The translations under genes were made by a program, and so were the position numbers. Under the pieces are notes generated by a model. The model saw nothing but the letters and a program-made list of their open reading frames with translations, made no database searches and had not been told where the DNA came from. Below, one piece after another: positions 13,901 to 27,606 of a DNA stretch of 64,000 bases; position 1 is the stretch's first letter; each line of letters opens with the position of its first letter. The DNA is from Saccostrea cucullata (taxonomy: Eukaryota). Where the stretch lies: the NCBI RefSeq assembly GCF_032062105.1, contig NW_026940030.1:310001-374000 (forward strand). The letters run 5' to 3'.

Positions 13901-16900
13901 TCATCTCTTCCAAGGGTGCCATATTGACCCTTTTTATTGCTAAATCAATAAAATATAAACACCAAATCACCTCCCTCATCATTTTTTGAGGTTTTGTACA
14001 ATGTAAAAAGCTGCCTCATCATGTTTTGGGGGCAATAAAAAAGAAAAAAAAAATGCCTCCCTCCCTCATCATATTTCTTGAAAAAAGGCCTGCGAACCAA
14101 GTAATTAACTTTGCATTGCCTAAACTCCTCATGTTTATACTGAACAGATTATTTCAGCAAAAAAAAAAAATATCAGTGAAGAAAAAGAATTCCCCTGAAT
14201 ACCAAAAAATAGATTAACATTGCAGGTGACCACAGCAAAAGAAAAATGTACTGAAATTCATAATAACAATTAACAAAGTGTGCAGAATTAATAGCACTTG
14301 TATACAGTTTTTTGACACTGGATAGACAACTTTGTTTTCATTTTTACACAATCTAATGATGCATATTTTCTGTGAAGGAATTCTCTTTGTGTAAAGAAAC
14401 ATATGTACATGTATACCAGGAGTATTACATGTACTATTTGATTATTTTGACTCTGTTTTCAGGTGGCCAGAATTAAGGACAGTGAAGCAGCAAGGATTAG
14501 ACTGGAGGAGAAGGAACAATGTAGAAGGGAGTTTGATCAACTAAGAAGAGAGGTAAATTGTTTGATTATCATAGTACCTAGCAGATTTTGAGTCCAGAGA
14601 TGTTTTTTGTCAATAGAAAAGTAAATTTTATGCTCTAGAGTGTCTCTAATGAATTAGCTCCCCCCTCACCCAAATGGTTTCGTTTGTAGAAATCAATGAT
14701 GAAATGATAATGGGATACTTTAAAAGTCCATCAAATAGAATTTGGGTTTGGTATTCTCAAGCTTGAGACTGGGAATGCTGAGGATGACCTTTTATTATTT
14801 TACTTTAACTTTAAACATATGGGAAGCAGATTGAAATACATGTATTTAAATTACCTATACCATCAGGGCTTGATAACTCTAACCTTGAATTCCATCTTCT
14901 TCAGTGCATGTCATTTATTTTAAAAACTTCTAATTTTACAGCTTGAGAGAACATATCAACAGAAAACTGATTCACTTCTACAGAAAGAAAGAAATTCAAT
15001 TGAAAGAATGCAAAGGGAACAGGAGGTATTAAAACTGGTGTATATTAACCTGCAGTACTTTAATTAAATGTTTTAGTATACATAATGTGAAATTTACCAG
15101 CAATTACTTTGAAATCAAAGCAATGTTTATTGAATATATATCTTTGAAGATACATGAGAAGGAGATTTACACTCAGAGGCAGTCAATATTGGAAGAAATT
15201 GAGATTTTACGCAAGAGAGAAGCAGAGGTCAAAAGGGCATCAGAAACTAACGAGAGGTGTGTTGCTCTCTCTACTTATCATACAATGTATTTTATGAAGA
15301 TTGTAATTAAATAAATTTTTAAACAATTTTTGATTAATCTTTACACCATACATACACATATGATTTAATGCTGTATTATTACTACTGTATACTTTGTGTG
15401 ACAATTTCTTTTTTTTTGTATAAATGAAAAAATACCCTCATCCAAAATTGCAATATTTACCTTTAAAAGTGATTTATCTGTAACATTAAAGTTTTAAATA
15501 TAAATACTTTAGGGAAAGGAAATTAAATGAACAAAGGGTGAAAGACAGGGAGACAGATCTCCGGCGTAGAGAACAGGAAGTGAGGAGGATGGAGGGGGAA
15601 TACGAACAAAAGCTAAAGAATGAAATGACAAAGTAAGGATAGGGATATTTTTGTGCTTTTACATTAACTACAGTAAGCTTTGAGTTGATGGTTGAAAATA
15701 GCAATTTTGCATGCCAAGGATAATGGCTGTTTCTTAGTGCTGATTTCTATGGACAAATCTTGATTGCTTAAAATATATAACGATCAGTATTCAAGCTCAA
15801 CAGTTCATTAAACAATACCAAATAGGAGCAGAGCAAACATGGACCTCCAAAACATCAGAGGTGGGATCAGGTGCCATGGAGGAGTGAACATCCCCTGCTA
15901 ACCAGTCACAACCACCGTACATATAAATTAAAGCACAATTTGTCTTTAAAAATTACTTTCTAGTACCTGTGTACATCTATTGTTATTCCTCTTCTAGATT
16001 CAAAGTGGAGGAACAAGCTAAGTATATGGAGAGATCACAGAACCTGGAGATCAGGGAGGCGAGGGCCAGAGGTAAATACACTTAGTCCTTGAAAATAAGA
16101 TTGCAAAAAATATACCTATATACACAATATGCAGTATAGAATATAATTTATGGCTTTCAGATGAGGAGAGAAGAATTAGAGATGAACAAGAAAGAATTCA
16201 GAGTATCAGAGACGAACTGAAAGACAAAACAATGAGAATCAATGAATTGGAGGTAAACTCTCTCTTTCATCAAGTGATATGTTATGCAAAGGGCAAGAAA
16301 TTCACTCATCAACTTGCAAAGCTTTTATTTGATTGGCATGTTGTGGAAAATGTTATAATATTCATTTCATTTAAGAATTTCTGGGTTTCAGAATTAGAAT
16401 TCATTGTGCATCAAGGTACTTAATTTGTACTTTTTAATATTTTTAGACAAGGCTGCAGGAGGAGAAACATGGAGAAGTGTCAGCTGTGAGACAGAACGAG
16501 TTACTGAATGCAAAACTCAGAGATGTAAGTTTCCTCTGTGTTTGTTATACCCCCCGCAAACGAAGTTTGGGGGGGGTATATAGTAATCACCTTGTCCGTC
16601 TGTCCGCCTGTCTGTCTAGCTGTCCATCTGTCAGTCCGTCTGTCTAGCTGTCAGTCTGTCTGTGCAAACATGTCCGGTCCATATCTTTCTTACGGAGGAA
16701 CATTAGAATCTACTACTCCACACAAAGATTGCTTATGACCAAAGGGTGTGTCATGACCTTAACCTAAGGTCATTTGGGGAAGTTCAAGGTCACTGGAAGA
16801 AAAATTTCATAATTTATGTCTGGTCCATATTTTTCTTATGGATAAACTTAGTAGGTTCTCATTTCACACAAAGATTGCCCATGACCTTAATAGTGTGTCA

Positions 16901-19900
16901 TGACCTTGACCCAAGGACATCTGTGCAAGTTCAAGGTCACTGAAAGAAGAATTGTATCATTCATGTTTGATGCATATCTTTATTATGGAAAAACTTACCT
17001 CTGAAAAACCCAGCGGGGGGTATTTTATACCGTTTGGACAGTTCTACTTTCTGTGGACTTTACCATTCACTTTAAATTTGAGTGAGACAAAAATTATCTA
17101 AATCAGTCAGATGGATTTTGAAGAATTATTTGCTTTTGTTTTCTATAAACTCATCTTTTAAAGCATAAAAACAGGCAAGGATACTGTAAACCTATTACAG
17201 TAAAACTCGGTTATAGCGAAGTCCCGGGGACCTGAGAATATAATTCGCTATATCCGTAATTCGTTATATCCGTATAACGAATTCGTATAACCATTATAGC
17301 GAATTCACAATATGCATGATTTCCTTCAGGTATTGCTACCAAATATGTTATGGAAGCAATTATTACGAAACATATCTTCGATAACTAAGGTTTTATTATG
17401 AATTAAATTGTATATACAAATGCTAAACGGAAATAAGATCAGTTCAATTTATCAATTTTTTTATAATCTTTAAAAGTTTGTTATAAAAGATGTAAATTTC
17501 ATTATATTTAACCCAACGGGACTCAGAATCAGTTCGCTATATCCGTAAATTCGTTATATCAGAGTTCGTTATAACCGTAAAATTTTGCAAAAATTTGTTA
17601 AGAATTTTGACAGGGACCCAGAAAAACTTCGCTATATCCGTGAATTCGCTATATCCGTGTTCGTACTAAACGAGTTTTACTGTACATTTGGTGGTGTATT
17701 CTTTTAAGTGTTTATGGCGGAAATAAACTCCCGCTAATTCAAGTACAACGTTAAATGTCTGTAACATATATACATAATAAGAACAATAAAAAATGCGCTA
17801 AATCAAATCTACGCTAAATTGTTCAAAAATCAATTTTCTCCAAATATTGTACACGCTAAAATACAATACATTTAAAGTATGTTTTCTTTAAGAAAATTTA
17901 ATTGTAATTATTAGCAGAATTTAGATATATTTCACCATAATTGAATTTTCACATTGATTTGAATTTTACTATAGATGGCTGACTACAGAGTCATGAAGGA
18001 ACAAAATGCTGTTATGAAAAATGAGCTTGAAACTCTTCGAACGTAAGTGTGATTGTCAACTGCATGGCAGAAGATAATTTACATTACTTCATTTTGTGAA
18101 AATGTTAGCTATCCTCTTTTAAATTTTGCAGAAGACTATCAGAGGTCATGCAGATGAACGAAAGAGAAAGGGGAAGTGAGTAAAAAAAAACATTGAAATA
18201 CATCATAAAATTATCATGTTTTAATTGATATAAAATTTTATCACTTTAAAAAATTCACACAAATGTATATTGTATGACCATGGTAAATACAAAAATTCTG
18301 AAAGTAAGCATTTTAACATTCTGGGTATTTCAAGGAAATGTTTACATTGAATTGATTTCTGTTCCCAGGACAGGAGGAGATGATGAAGGAGATGAGACGA
18401 CCGACGCCGGAGACTCTGATGTTACAGCGGGAGCTGGAGAAAGCCAAGGAGAGTCTGAGACAGGAACAGACGCTGTCTAACGCCGCCAAACAACAGCTGG
18501 AGAAACGACTTCAGGAGGAGGTAACTGTGGTGTTCCCTGACATATGATAAAAGATACACGGATCTGATGTCCAATATAACATAAACTAATCTTAATGAAG
18601 GGATGGATTTCTTCAAAAGTTAAATTAATCAGCTTTAAGTAGATTGTATAAAGGAACATCTGTCAAAGAATCTTTTCGTGAAATGACTCGGTAGCATTTT
18701 TTTTCTGAATATTTTAATACTGTATACAGGATTATTTTCGCACTGTGTTTTATGTTCACAATTTTGCACATGTGAACAATTTGGCCCCATTTTGAATTGG
18801 CCCAGTCATAGTTCTGTTTGAGAAATTACACTGTATTCTTTGAATTTTTCCTGTTTTAAATTTGTCCAGTCATGAAGAGGGCGAAAGGGGCGAAAATAAA
18901 ACAGGGGCAAAAATTTCGCTGTATAATGTATACAGTAATTGGAAAATTTTCTCTAAAAACCGTATTTATGACAGATGTTTTGCCAAAGTACCATTTAATA
19001 TTTTTTAAATTCCCAGATGGACAGAAACAGGGACTTACTGAGAAGGTTTGAGGATCAGACATTACAGATGAAGGAGATGAACCAGGAGTTAGTGGACCTG
19101 AGGGCTCAGCTGTCTATCACTCATAGAGGTAGGTAACAGCATAGTTGCCAACTCACCCGATTTCGTCGGGTCACACCCCATTTTTCAACCCGTTACCCGA
19201 TTATTTTTTATGACCGGGCGGGTCATGCTTTTTTTTTGGTACACAAGACAAAATCTCCCGTTTCCGGAAAGTGTTAGGTTGCACTTTTAACTTCCAGTTA
19301 CAACCAAATTAGGTATATACGTAAACAATGCCGATGGATTAATTATCTGTGCAGGTGTAAACAATTAACTGGGTGTTGTTTAGACAAATTAATGTTTGAA
19401 GTCAATTAAAATGGCTTCGATAGAACTAGATCGTTATCAGGGCCAACAGGAACAAATTGAACCAAACACATGTCTCTGATTGAACCAAGAAAAAGAGAAA
19501 CGATAGTTATGTACATATCAAGGAATCTTGGGGGAAAAAACTGTTTCTAGATAAAATAAAGTGATCAAAGACAGTGTAGGCCTTACTTCAAATTTAAAAC
19601 ATGTTGCAGTAGTTAATTGATTAAGAGAGAGGAAAAACAACTTCAAAACTGAAATTGGTATACTTTCAAATTTAGCAGAAACTGAAAAGGCTTTTTAAAA
19701 AAAATGCACATTTACTTCAGGTCAGTACTGAAATATGAAACCTTCAATTTTCATTTTTAACATGTAAATTAAAGCAAATTATGTATGAATTTTTTTGTCA
19801 TAGTAAATTAAATCCTTTTTCAATAAAAGAATTCTCAATACACAAATATTTTGTATATATGTATAAAATTCAATCATGGTAAATATGTCGTGAATGTCGT

Positions 19901-22900
19901 TACGTGTTATGACCAGTTTTTTTACTTTCCAAATCTGGTCATGACCAGATTTTTACATGCTGGAGGTTGGCAAGTATGGGTAACAGGGATGAGAGGGGCA
20001 GTGTTACCCGCATTTACAAAGGCCTAAATGCTAACAGAGATGTTTATACTGTAGATTCCTAAATATGCGCGTGGAATTAATTATCGCGTAATTTCGCGAG
20101 AAGAACCTCACGCGAAATTGAATTACTCGCCCTTATTTTTATGGTGCTGAAATCTTTGTTAAAATTCTTGATCAACCATCTATTCGCGAATTCTTATTTT
20201 CCCTAGTTGCTGTTGAAGAGCCCATTCGCGATAAAAAGTACTCGCGAAAAATAAGGAATTTGCAGTATGTAAAAAGAGATGGAATCATCAAACAATATAT
20301 TGATTTTTCTTTGTTTTGTAAAAATATAATGAAACATCAAATGTTTGACAAGTGTTGTGACAATTTTTCAGCATTAACAAATGAAGTATATAGGAAACCA
20401 CATGAAGAAGGAACTAATATGAAGTAAGGATATACTAGATATGTTTCTGTGCAGTTTTGATATTTGTGGTGATTGAAGTCTAGGAAATGAATCTGCATTT
20501 ACTTCAAAAAAAAGAAAGAAAACCTTCCTTAAATGTACCTGTAAATCTGTTTTCAGTCGTTCCGTTTCCTTCCGTATTCCAAATCAGCCCAGAGAAGCCC
20601 CCCAGGAGGAGGAGGACAGGGAAGAGGAGGAATATCTGGGGCTCCCGGGGTCTCAGTTTGCCTCCAAACAGTCCAGTCCCCGCCGCCCCAACAGACAGAG
20701 GGAGGAGTATGATGAACATGATGTTTACAATGATATCGAGGCTGAGTTTGGACTGCCCTCTACTGGAAAGAGGAGGCTTTACCCAGCATTCTCTGAAGAT
20801 GATGTTTCTTCTACTAACTCAGCAGATGTAGTGGCTGAGGCCAAATACAGACTCAAAAGTTTAGAGAGAGAGGCCCAGGTACTTGTAGCAATTAAATTGT
20901 TGTGTTAAATTCATTAAAAGGTTCATGTACTTGATTAGACAGGTTATGAAAATGTTCCTATAATGAGCTTTAGAAATATTAAAAATGTATTTTATAATAT
21001 TCTAGAATTTAGAGTCAGCTTACAGAGATTTCCATTACAAACTGTCCAACCCGTCATCCGGTCCCATAGAACGGTCAAAATCTGACAGAGTTACTGAGGA
21101 AACTCAGCTGAAAAAACAAGAGCATGGTAAGGATACTGTCAGGAGAAATTCCTACCACTGAAGTCAGATTTTGAGATATTTGAGAAAAAAAGCTACTTTG
21201 TCTTACTTTGTATTGACAGAATCTCAGAGTCAGAGAAGAGTTGCCTCCCCTGTGGCCAGTCCTATACATCGCCCATTGTCCTCCACGCCTTACCAAGGGA
21301 GACAATCCGGCTCTGGTGGAAATCTCAATGGTCAGATTTTATATAAACTTACAATGGAAGTATTTTTCAAACTCACACTGTTGATTATGCATTTAACAAG
21401 CAGGAATTCTAAGTGTGTCCTCTCTTACATTACAGATAGCCTACATGAGTTGACAGGATCGGGGGCTGAGAGGAAGGCGCCACCTAGGTTTGACCTCTCT
21501 ACAATGTCAGATGATGGAAATCAGTAAGTTATCAAGCTTAATAAATGTAATTCACCCTAGAAGGTGCTTGATACTAAATTTTAAGCATACTACATGTTGC
21601 ACTTCATGTACATGTTTGAATTCCATTTGTACCTTGAATATATAAGTGCTTGAGCATGAAAAAAAAAGTGTTTCTTATAGAAGTAAAGTGTTATTTATAT
21701 TAACTTTTGTCACTTTACAACAGCAAAGAGCCAAGAGTTGAAGAACGGCCTCGACCTATTACAGTATCTGACCTTGAGGCTAGACCAGGGTCACCTGGCA
21801 TTGTAGTAGTTCCAGGGTCAAGGTCAAGTGAAGATGAACTGTCACCCAAACCTGAAACAGGTAGGACTGTTATGTTAAGACATGATTAATCATAAAACAT
21901 ACCAATATTAAATAACTTTGCTTTGATGAATGGAACTGAATAAAAATAATTTTCACAGAATGTATGCATGCACCATTGTATGTGTATTTAACCCAAAATA
22001 ACACTCTAAACCTTATTTATAGCTGCTATAGTGACTGAGGCTGCTACCCCGCTAAGGGCCCCTCCTGGGGGTAGACTACAGCCCATCTCATTGGACAGTG
22101 CCTGGAAAACTCCCGCACAAGATGACAAATCAAATGAAGGTCAATTGTTGCATTTAATTTAATAAATAAGAGATCAAAATTATTATTCCATTTGATAAAA
22201 TTTTAGAACTTGTAATGTTGATATATTTTGTATATGATTGATAAACATTATGTGATGAAAGCTTTCATTTTCTTGTTATGTTATGTATAAAATTACAACA
22301 AATGCTGAAGCACATCTTCTTCAAAATCATAAGCATAATGAATGTACCTGGTACTTAAAGCCCTATCTCCTCAAGAAGTTTTCATTGAAAAATTCTTAAC
22401 ATTTTGGCACCAAATGAAGAAATGTATATAGGTGAATAAAAATTAAAACTACTCTTCAAACAGAAGAGAAGAGAAAGGAAGAAGAGAGAAGAAGAAAGGA
22501 GGAAGAGGATTTGAAGAGATGGGAAGAAGAGAGAAGACAGAAAGAGGAAGACAGGAAGAGGAGAGAGGAGGAGCTCAGAGAGAAAGAGGAGAGGGAACTA
22601 AAAAAACTGGTAACCAGTTTACTATGTAATCAAGTACTGTAGTAGGAACACTGAGGTCAAATTCATAATTAGGATTTAGCAATTACATGTATCATCTTTT
22701 AAATTTTTAAAAAAAGAATACAGTACTACTGTAAATCACTTTTAATTGCAGCTGTAATTAAAGAACAGCATGCTTGCGAAAATTTAATGCGTAAAAAGTA
22801 TTCCTTAAGATTATATGAAAATAACCGCAATTCGTGAAAATTTTGTCTTGCTAATCAAGAGTCAATGCCTGTCTCGCAAAATTAAGGTGTCGCGAAAATT

Positions 22901-25641
22901 TAGTGATGTACAGTATTTCAGAACTGTGACTGGACAAATTTAAGACAGGGCAAAATTGTTTGAAATTTTAAAAGGACAGAATAAAGCAGGGCGAAAATAA
23001 CTCTGTATTCAGTATATTATGAAAATTCTTTGAAATGATTTTGGTTGAAGAACACATTTAATCAATTTTTATTTTCTAAATTGGTGTGAACATTTGAATG
23101 TTGCATTACAGGAGGAAGGTGTTGAATCAGAGAAGTCTGAGGCAGCCAAGAAGGAGCCAGAAATAGACCCTGTGATGAAACAGTACATGGAGATGGTCCA
23201 GCAACAAAAGGAAAAGGAGGAGGAAGAGGTGAGAATAGATTGGAGGATCAAAAGGAGTGGGAAAAGTTGTACTTTTATAGTCAATTATAATCAAATCTGG
23301 GTTACCGATAGTAATGTGGAGAAATTAAATTTTGCATATTAAAATGTCATTTGGATGGTACAGGTTGAAAATTTTGAAGAATGCTTATATTTTTATATTT
23401 AAAAAATCACAAAAATTGGTTTCAGAAAATTTAATGAGATCAATTGATTTTTACATGTTAATGACAAATTCATGTGTAATTTAAAACAGAGAAAAATATC
23501 AAAAAGAAAGGTAAAAGTGTGGCTATGCATTCACTATACAAAACATTTGCTTCATAGCACAGTAAAATAATACATCAAAAATCATTTTTCATTCCAGGAA
23601 AACATACCTGGTATATCTTGTTTCAAGCTCTAGTACATGTATCATAAATGCTAGCACTAGATATAAATGTACTTTAAAGGTAGAGACTGTGTAATTATTC
23701 ATTTGAAACAGAAAAAAAAAAACATTGCTTAAGCATGACTATTTGTTTTGTCTAAATTTGTTTGATCTGTGTTATATTTTTCAGTTTCATGACTTATATT
23801 TTCATTGTTCACAATTATTGATTATAATAAGACTTTTTATTCACTTTACATACATGTAATTTCACTTTCAGTCATAGTCATTTTAAATAAAAACACAGTT
23901 TCATTTAATGATTTTTAAAAAACTCAGTTTTGTTGTTATAGAAACAGCTGTGCAATTAATTTTTGTACAAAATTTTAAAGGGAGAAAACATCTCATTTTT
24001 ACAAGGAAATGTAAAAAGCTGAAATTGGATTGAAATGGAAAAAGAAGGGATTAATTTTTTGCATTAAAATATACTTAATTCTGATTTTCAGTGAAATATA
24101 TTCTAAAGCATTGTGAAAATAATTTCATTCTCATGCTTTTCAGATTGCCAAGAAACCAGTGGATGTGTGGTCAAAAGGCTCCAACAGTGTAGCAGTAAGT
24201 CTGCCCCCTCCCCCTAACATTCCCCCCCCCCATGACAGGGAGAAAAAATGTGTTAAATTTATGGTTCAAAATTATCTTGTTACTTTAAGGTTGTATAGAC
24301 TGTAAATGTATTACATTTGGCGGTGTATTCTTTTTAGCATTTTTGGCGGAAAGAAACTTCCGCTAATTTAAGTACAAAGCTAAATGTCTTAAACATATAT
24401 ACATGTACATTAATAAAAACATCAAGATATGCGCTAAATCAAATTTACTCTGACTTGTTCAAAAATAAATTTCCGCCAAATATTGTACATGCTAAATATA
24501 ATACATTTACAGTACATGCTAAACATCTATCCAAATATTTTGTCAATCTTTAATACTGACCAGTATCTAATATCAGACCAGCAGGATCTCCATATAGAAA
24601 CAAAAAAATATTTAAAAATGTGTGTTTGGCAGACTGTATTTTTGTGTGAGTACACATTCTTGTATGAATAGTGCTTTAATTTACATTGAAAGAATTATTT
24701 AGAATAAGATAATCAATTAAAGTCAAATTAATTGAAATCCAATAGAAAGTGTATTGAATGTTGTTACTATTAAAATAAACTTGACTCAATGGAATACATA
24801 TTTTACTTTAAGGATACACAGTCTGAATTCTCTGTAGCTGAAGACATTCAGAGGTATATATCTATAAACACAATAGAAAACAAAGAGACTAGTCTTGATT
24901 GAATGTACTACTTTGTAAGGGGAAAATACTCTTTGATATAATCACACCCTTGTTTAAGTCAATTTAATATTTAGGTAAACAATGAAGAAATGATATGTTA
25001 GACGATCATTATGTAATTGTATACAATGTCATGATGTGTTGATGACATACTATCAGTAAATACATAACTGCATGTGCCAAGAAGCAAATTTGATCCTAGA
25101 ATTGTATTTTGTTTAAGATTTCTAGCAATACATTTGCACACGTCTGTTTTGTAACTATCAGTAGTTATTAGGGATGTGCGATTTTATCGGTATACCGGTA
25201 TATCGCGATTTTTTGTTGAGTGATACGTATCGTCATATGGAGACCTAAATACCGGTCTTTAGGTACATATTATAAAGTCCAAAAATTATTCATTTATTTG
25301 TTCAATCTTTCAAATTACAATTACAGGAAGTAAAAAAAAATGTTGTAAAAAGTGAAAAGAACGGCCTCTTACCGTCCAAACATAATTGATTTTATATACA
25401 TAAAAATTTCAGGAAAGTAAAATTTTGTTTTTCTAGCATATTTTTTAGAAAAATAATGACTTTTCATGTAAAATCATTGTAAAAACTGCTTTTAAAAATA
25501 TCATGATATTATCGTGATATTGAGGGAAAAAATCGTGATATATCGCGATACGAAATTTTTGGCGATACCCATCCCTAGTGGTTATACCTTGTTTGTTTCA
25601 TTTCCAGCAATAATGGATCTGATGATGATTTCGGTTGGTGA
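10923..25641 (+). CDS. OFD1: Oral-facial-digital syndrome 1 centriolar protein, about 29 exons
   Basis: Exon 1 10923-11018 (MERDRPEYMSAEDLRNRLYHSLRDRGLFDSIK). Exon 2 12110-12310 with LisH motif (NSLVAEHLRHCKYDYSLSVFLPES). Then 13087-13155, 13254-13284, 13500-13607, 13710-13852, 14463-14552 and many E/K/R coiled-coil exons, IDPVMKQYMEMVQQ at ~23160, and a last exon ending DDDFGW-stop at 25641. AATAAA at ~25796. Confidence 0.92.
11476..11631. mobile_element. Foldback MITE-like hairpin in OFD1 intron 1
   Basis: Imperfect inverted arms TAGCAAATTTATGGTTCCCC / GGGAAACCATAAATTTGCTA with AT-rich ends. Confidence 0.6.
12385..12955 (+). repeat. 156-bp direct duplication flanking a 259-bp Helentron-like fragment
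   Basis: 12385-12540 is repeated, apparently identically, at 12800-12955. The spacer begins ...CACCTGAGCC...GGCTCAAGTGAG. Confidence 0.85.
13862..14120. mobile_element. Tourist/Harbinger-like MITE
   Basis: TIR GGCAA...TTAATT(T/A)CTTGGTTC(T/G)CAGGCC, TAA TSD, internal CCTCCCTCATC repeats. Lies 9 bp downstream of OFD1 exon 6. Confidence 0.8.
15828..15918 (-). mobile_element. Isolated 3' terminal motif of a Penelope-like retroelement
   Basis: Reverse complement resembles 51606-51700 (GTGAC..G...GGGATG..CAC.CCT...GGCACCTGATCCCACCTC...GGAGGTCC). Confidence 0.6.
16541..17025 (+). mobile_element. Helentron-associated non-autonomous element (HINE/pearl-like)
   Basis: 5' hairpin TATACCCCCC...GGGGGGTATA, (GTCT/GTCC)n microsatellite, ~150-bp internal repeats (TGTGTCATGACCTT...GTTCAAGGTCACT), terminal GCGGGGGGTAT. 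Confidence 0.75.
17198..17682. mobile_element. pogo/Tigger-like MITE nested inside another MITE (host ~17182-17880)
   Basis: TIR CAGTAAAACTCG/CGAGTTTTACTG, TA TSD, repeated TTCG(C/T)TATA motifs. An uninterrupted host copy is at 24299-24514. Confidence 0.9.
19140..19978. mobile_element. Non-autonomous hAT element
   Basis: TIR CATA(G/C)TTGCCAAC with perfect 8-bp TSD GGTAACAG (19132-19139 / 19979-19986). Confidence 0.9.
20049..20265. mobile_element. Small TA-flanked MITE (CTG...CAG ends, CGCGA-rich)
   Basis: TA|CTGTAGATTCCT ... AGGAATTTGCAG|TA. Related elements at ~22729-22913 and ~25954-26203. Confidence 0.7.
24299..24514. mobile_element. MITE, uninterrupted paralog of the host element at 17182-17880
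   Basis: CTGTAAATGTATT...AATACATTTACAG inverted ends. Body aligns with ~17685-17880. Confidence 0.8.
25169..25577. mobile_element. Non-autonomous hAT-like element
   Basis: TAGGGATG...CATCCCTA termini with 8-bp TSD GTAGTTAT/GTGGTTAT (one mismatch). Confidence 0.8.
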
Positions 25642-27606
25642 TGCCAGTATAAACTCTGACAGGAACCCTTACTATTGGATAATTGTTGGCCATCCATAAA
25701 CAGTCACTTATCTGTGATAGACTATTCCAATTTTTCTTAGAAAGAATTTGTATAAATATTTTATTTTAAGTTATTGTACATGTAGATTGTTTCCTAATAA
25801 AGAATCAAATTAAAAATCCATTTCTTTCTCATTTTTCTTGTTTCTTTGTTAAATACTTGTTCAAAAATTTTCTTATAATTATCTTTTTTGTAAATTTTCT
25901 TATGATTATTTTTTTTGTAGCAAATTAAATGTAGCTGATGGCCATAATTTATTACTGTTGATCATCAAATTAATCTGACAAGTTAAATTATGTAAAATCA
26001 CAAATTTTAATTTTGTGGGGGGTTAATTTTTGTTGTTTTTGAGGTATGAAGAGACCCACGAATTCATGTCCACCACGAAATGTAAAATGCTATATACATA
26101 ACTACTCAACAATTCTTCATCCACGAAATGAAATCCCCAAAAACCAAGATTTTTTCCTAAAACCACGAAATTTTGACCCCCACGAAAATATGTGATTTTA
26201 CAGTATTTGGTGATCATGAACAAGCCAAAATTTTCACAAATGCTAGTTTTTGCTGAATATATCCTATGCCAATAAAAATATACGTGAGAATAAAGCTCAG
26301 CAATCAACACATTTTGCACTTGTTCTCAGCTGTGTATGGTACAATATCTTATTAAGTTGTACTTCACCTGTACCTTGCCTATAATATATAGGCTTACCTT
26401 AGACAATTTCACACCTACATTGTAACTCTTCCTCTGGATAGAACCAATACTGCATGATTGGATGGACAAGTACAGAACTGTATATTATAGCCATAGTGTA
26501 TTTGTTTGCATTTTGAAATTGTATGTTTTCCAAAATACTTGTAAATTTTTTTTTTTTTTTTTGCGAGTGTGTATCTATTAGTCAAAAACAAAATCAACAT
26601 ACACACATTGGTAATGAATCCATTGCAAGATGGACGGAAAGAGTTTTTCAAAATTCCTCTGTTCCACTGTACAAGTTTGCTGCTTGAATTCAGTTGATTT
26701 TTTTTGAAGAAACAAAATTTTATTAGTACATTTTGTTGCTGTGATAATTAAAATATATCTCTGGAATCCTATAAAATGAATTTTCCTCTGCAGATATGGT
26801 TGGAGAGGAGTTAAAAAATACACCATGGTTTACCATTTCTTGGAACATTGCTGAAGCAGATATTTATGGTTCTTTCAAAATGATAACAGTTGCCATCTGA
26901 TTTATTTTTTACTACAATTTCATTTTTGATAGACAAGTTGACCAAAGTACATAATTCTGAAGTCTAGCGTTTCACACTGAAAATATCTTCAGAGTATTTA
27001 CATCTGTAAGCATGTACCGGGGTAAATAATAAAAACAGAAAATATTTAATAGAAGCAAGTGTTTGAAACATAATTCTTGGACAAGGCATTTGAATTGCAA
27101 TTCTTGGAGACATTTCCCCTCTATTGAAAAAAAAAGCAAGTTTTCTACCAGACCATTCCATACATGTCCTCCATGTATTTTGAAGTCAACAGCCATTTTA
27201 CAGACAAAAAGACTCGATGCATAAAATAATACATTTTATTTGAAATTTAAATATCACCTTGATTCCAAAATCAATATCAAAGAGCTGTAATTGTTTTATA
27301 CATACTATATACATCATCAAGATCACTTACAAATATTACTTCAAGAAAATGTCCGGGGCTAAGGGGAAAAAATAACTACTTTCTGCATAAGAGTGATGAG
27401 AATCCAATCGACATGTTTATAATAGAACACAATTTCCACTTTAACCAAATTTCAACACTTATTAAATCACATACTAGTATAAATTGGAGAGTTATTAATA
27501 TTCCTTCATAATTAAATAGCTGAATAATTCACGAAAAAAATCAAATACAGAGAAATTCTTCTGTTTCTAAGTTAGCAAATCATTGTAGTCTTTAGGCAAT
27601 CCAAAT

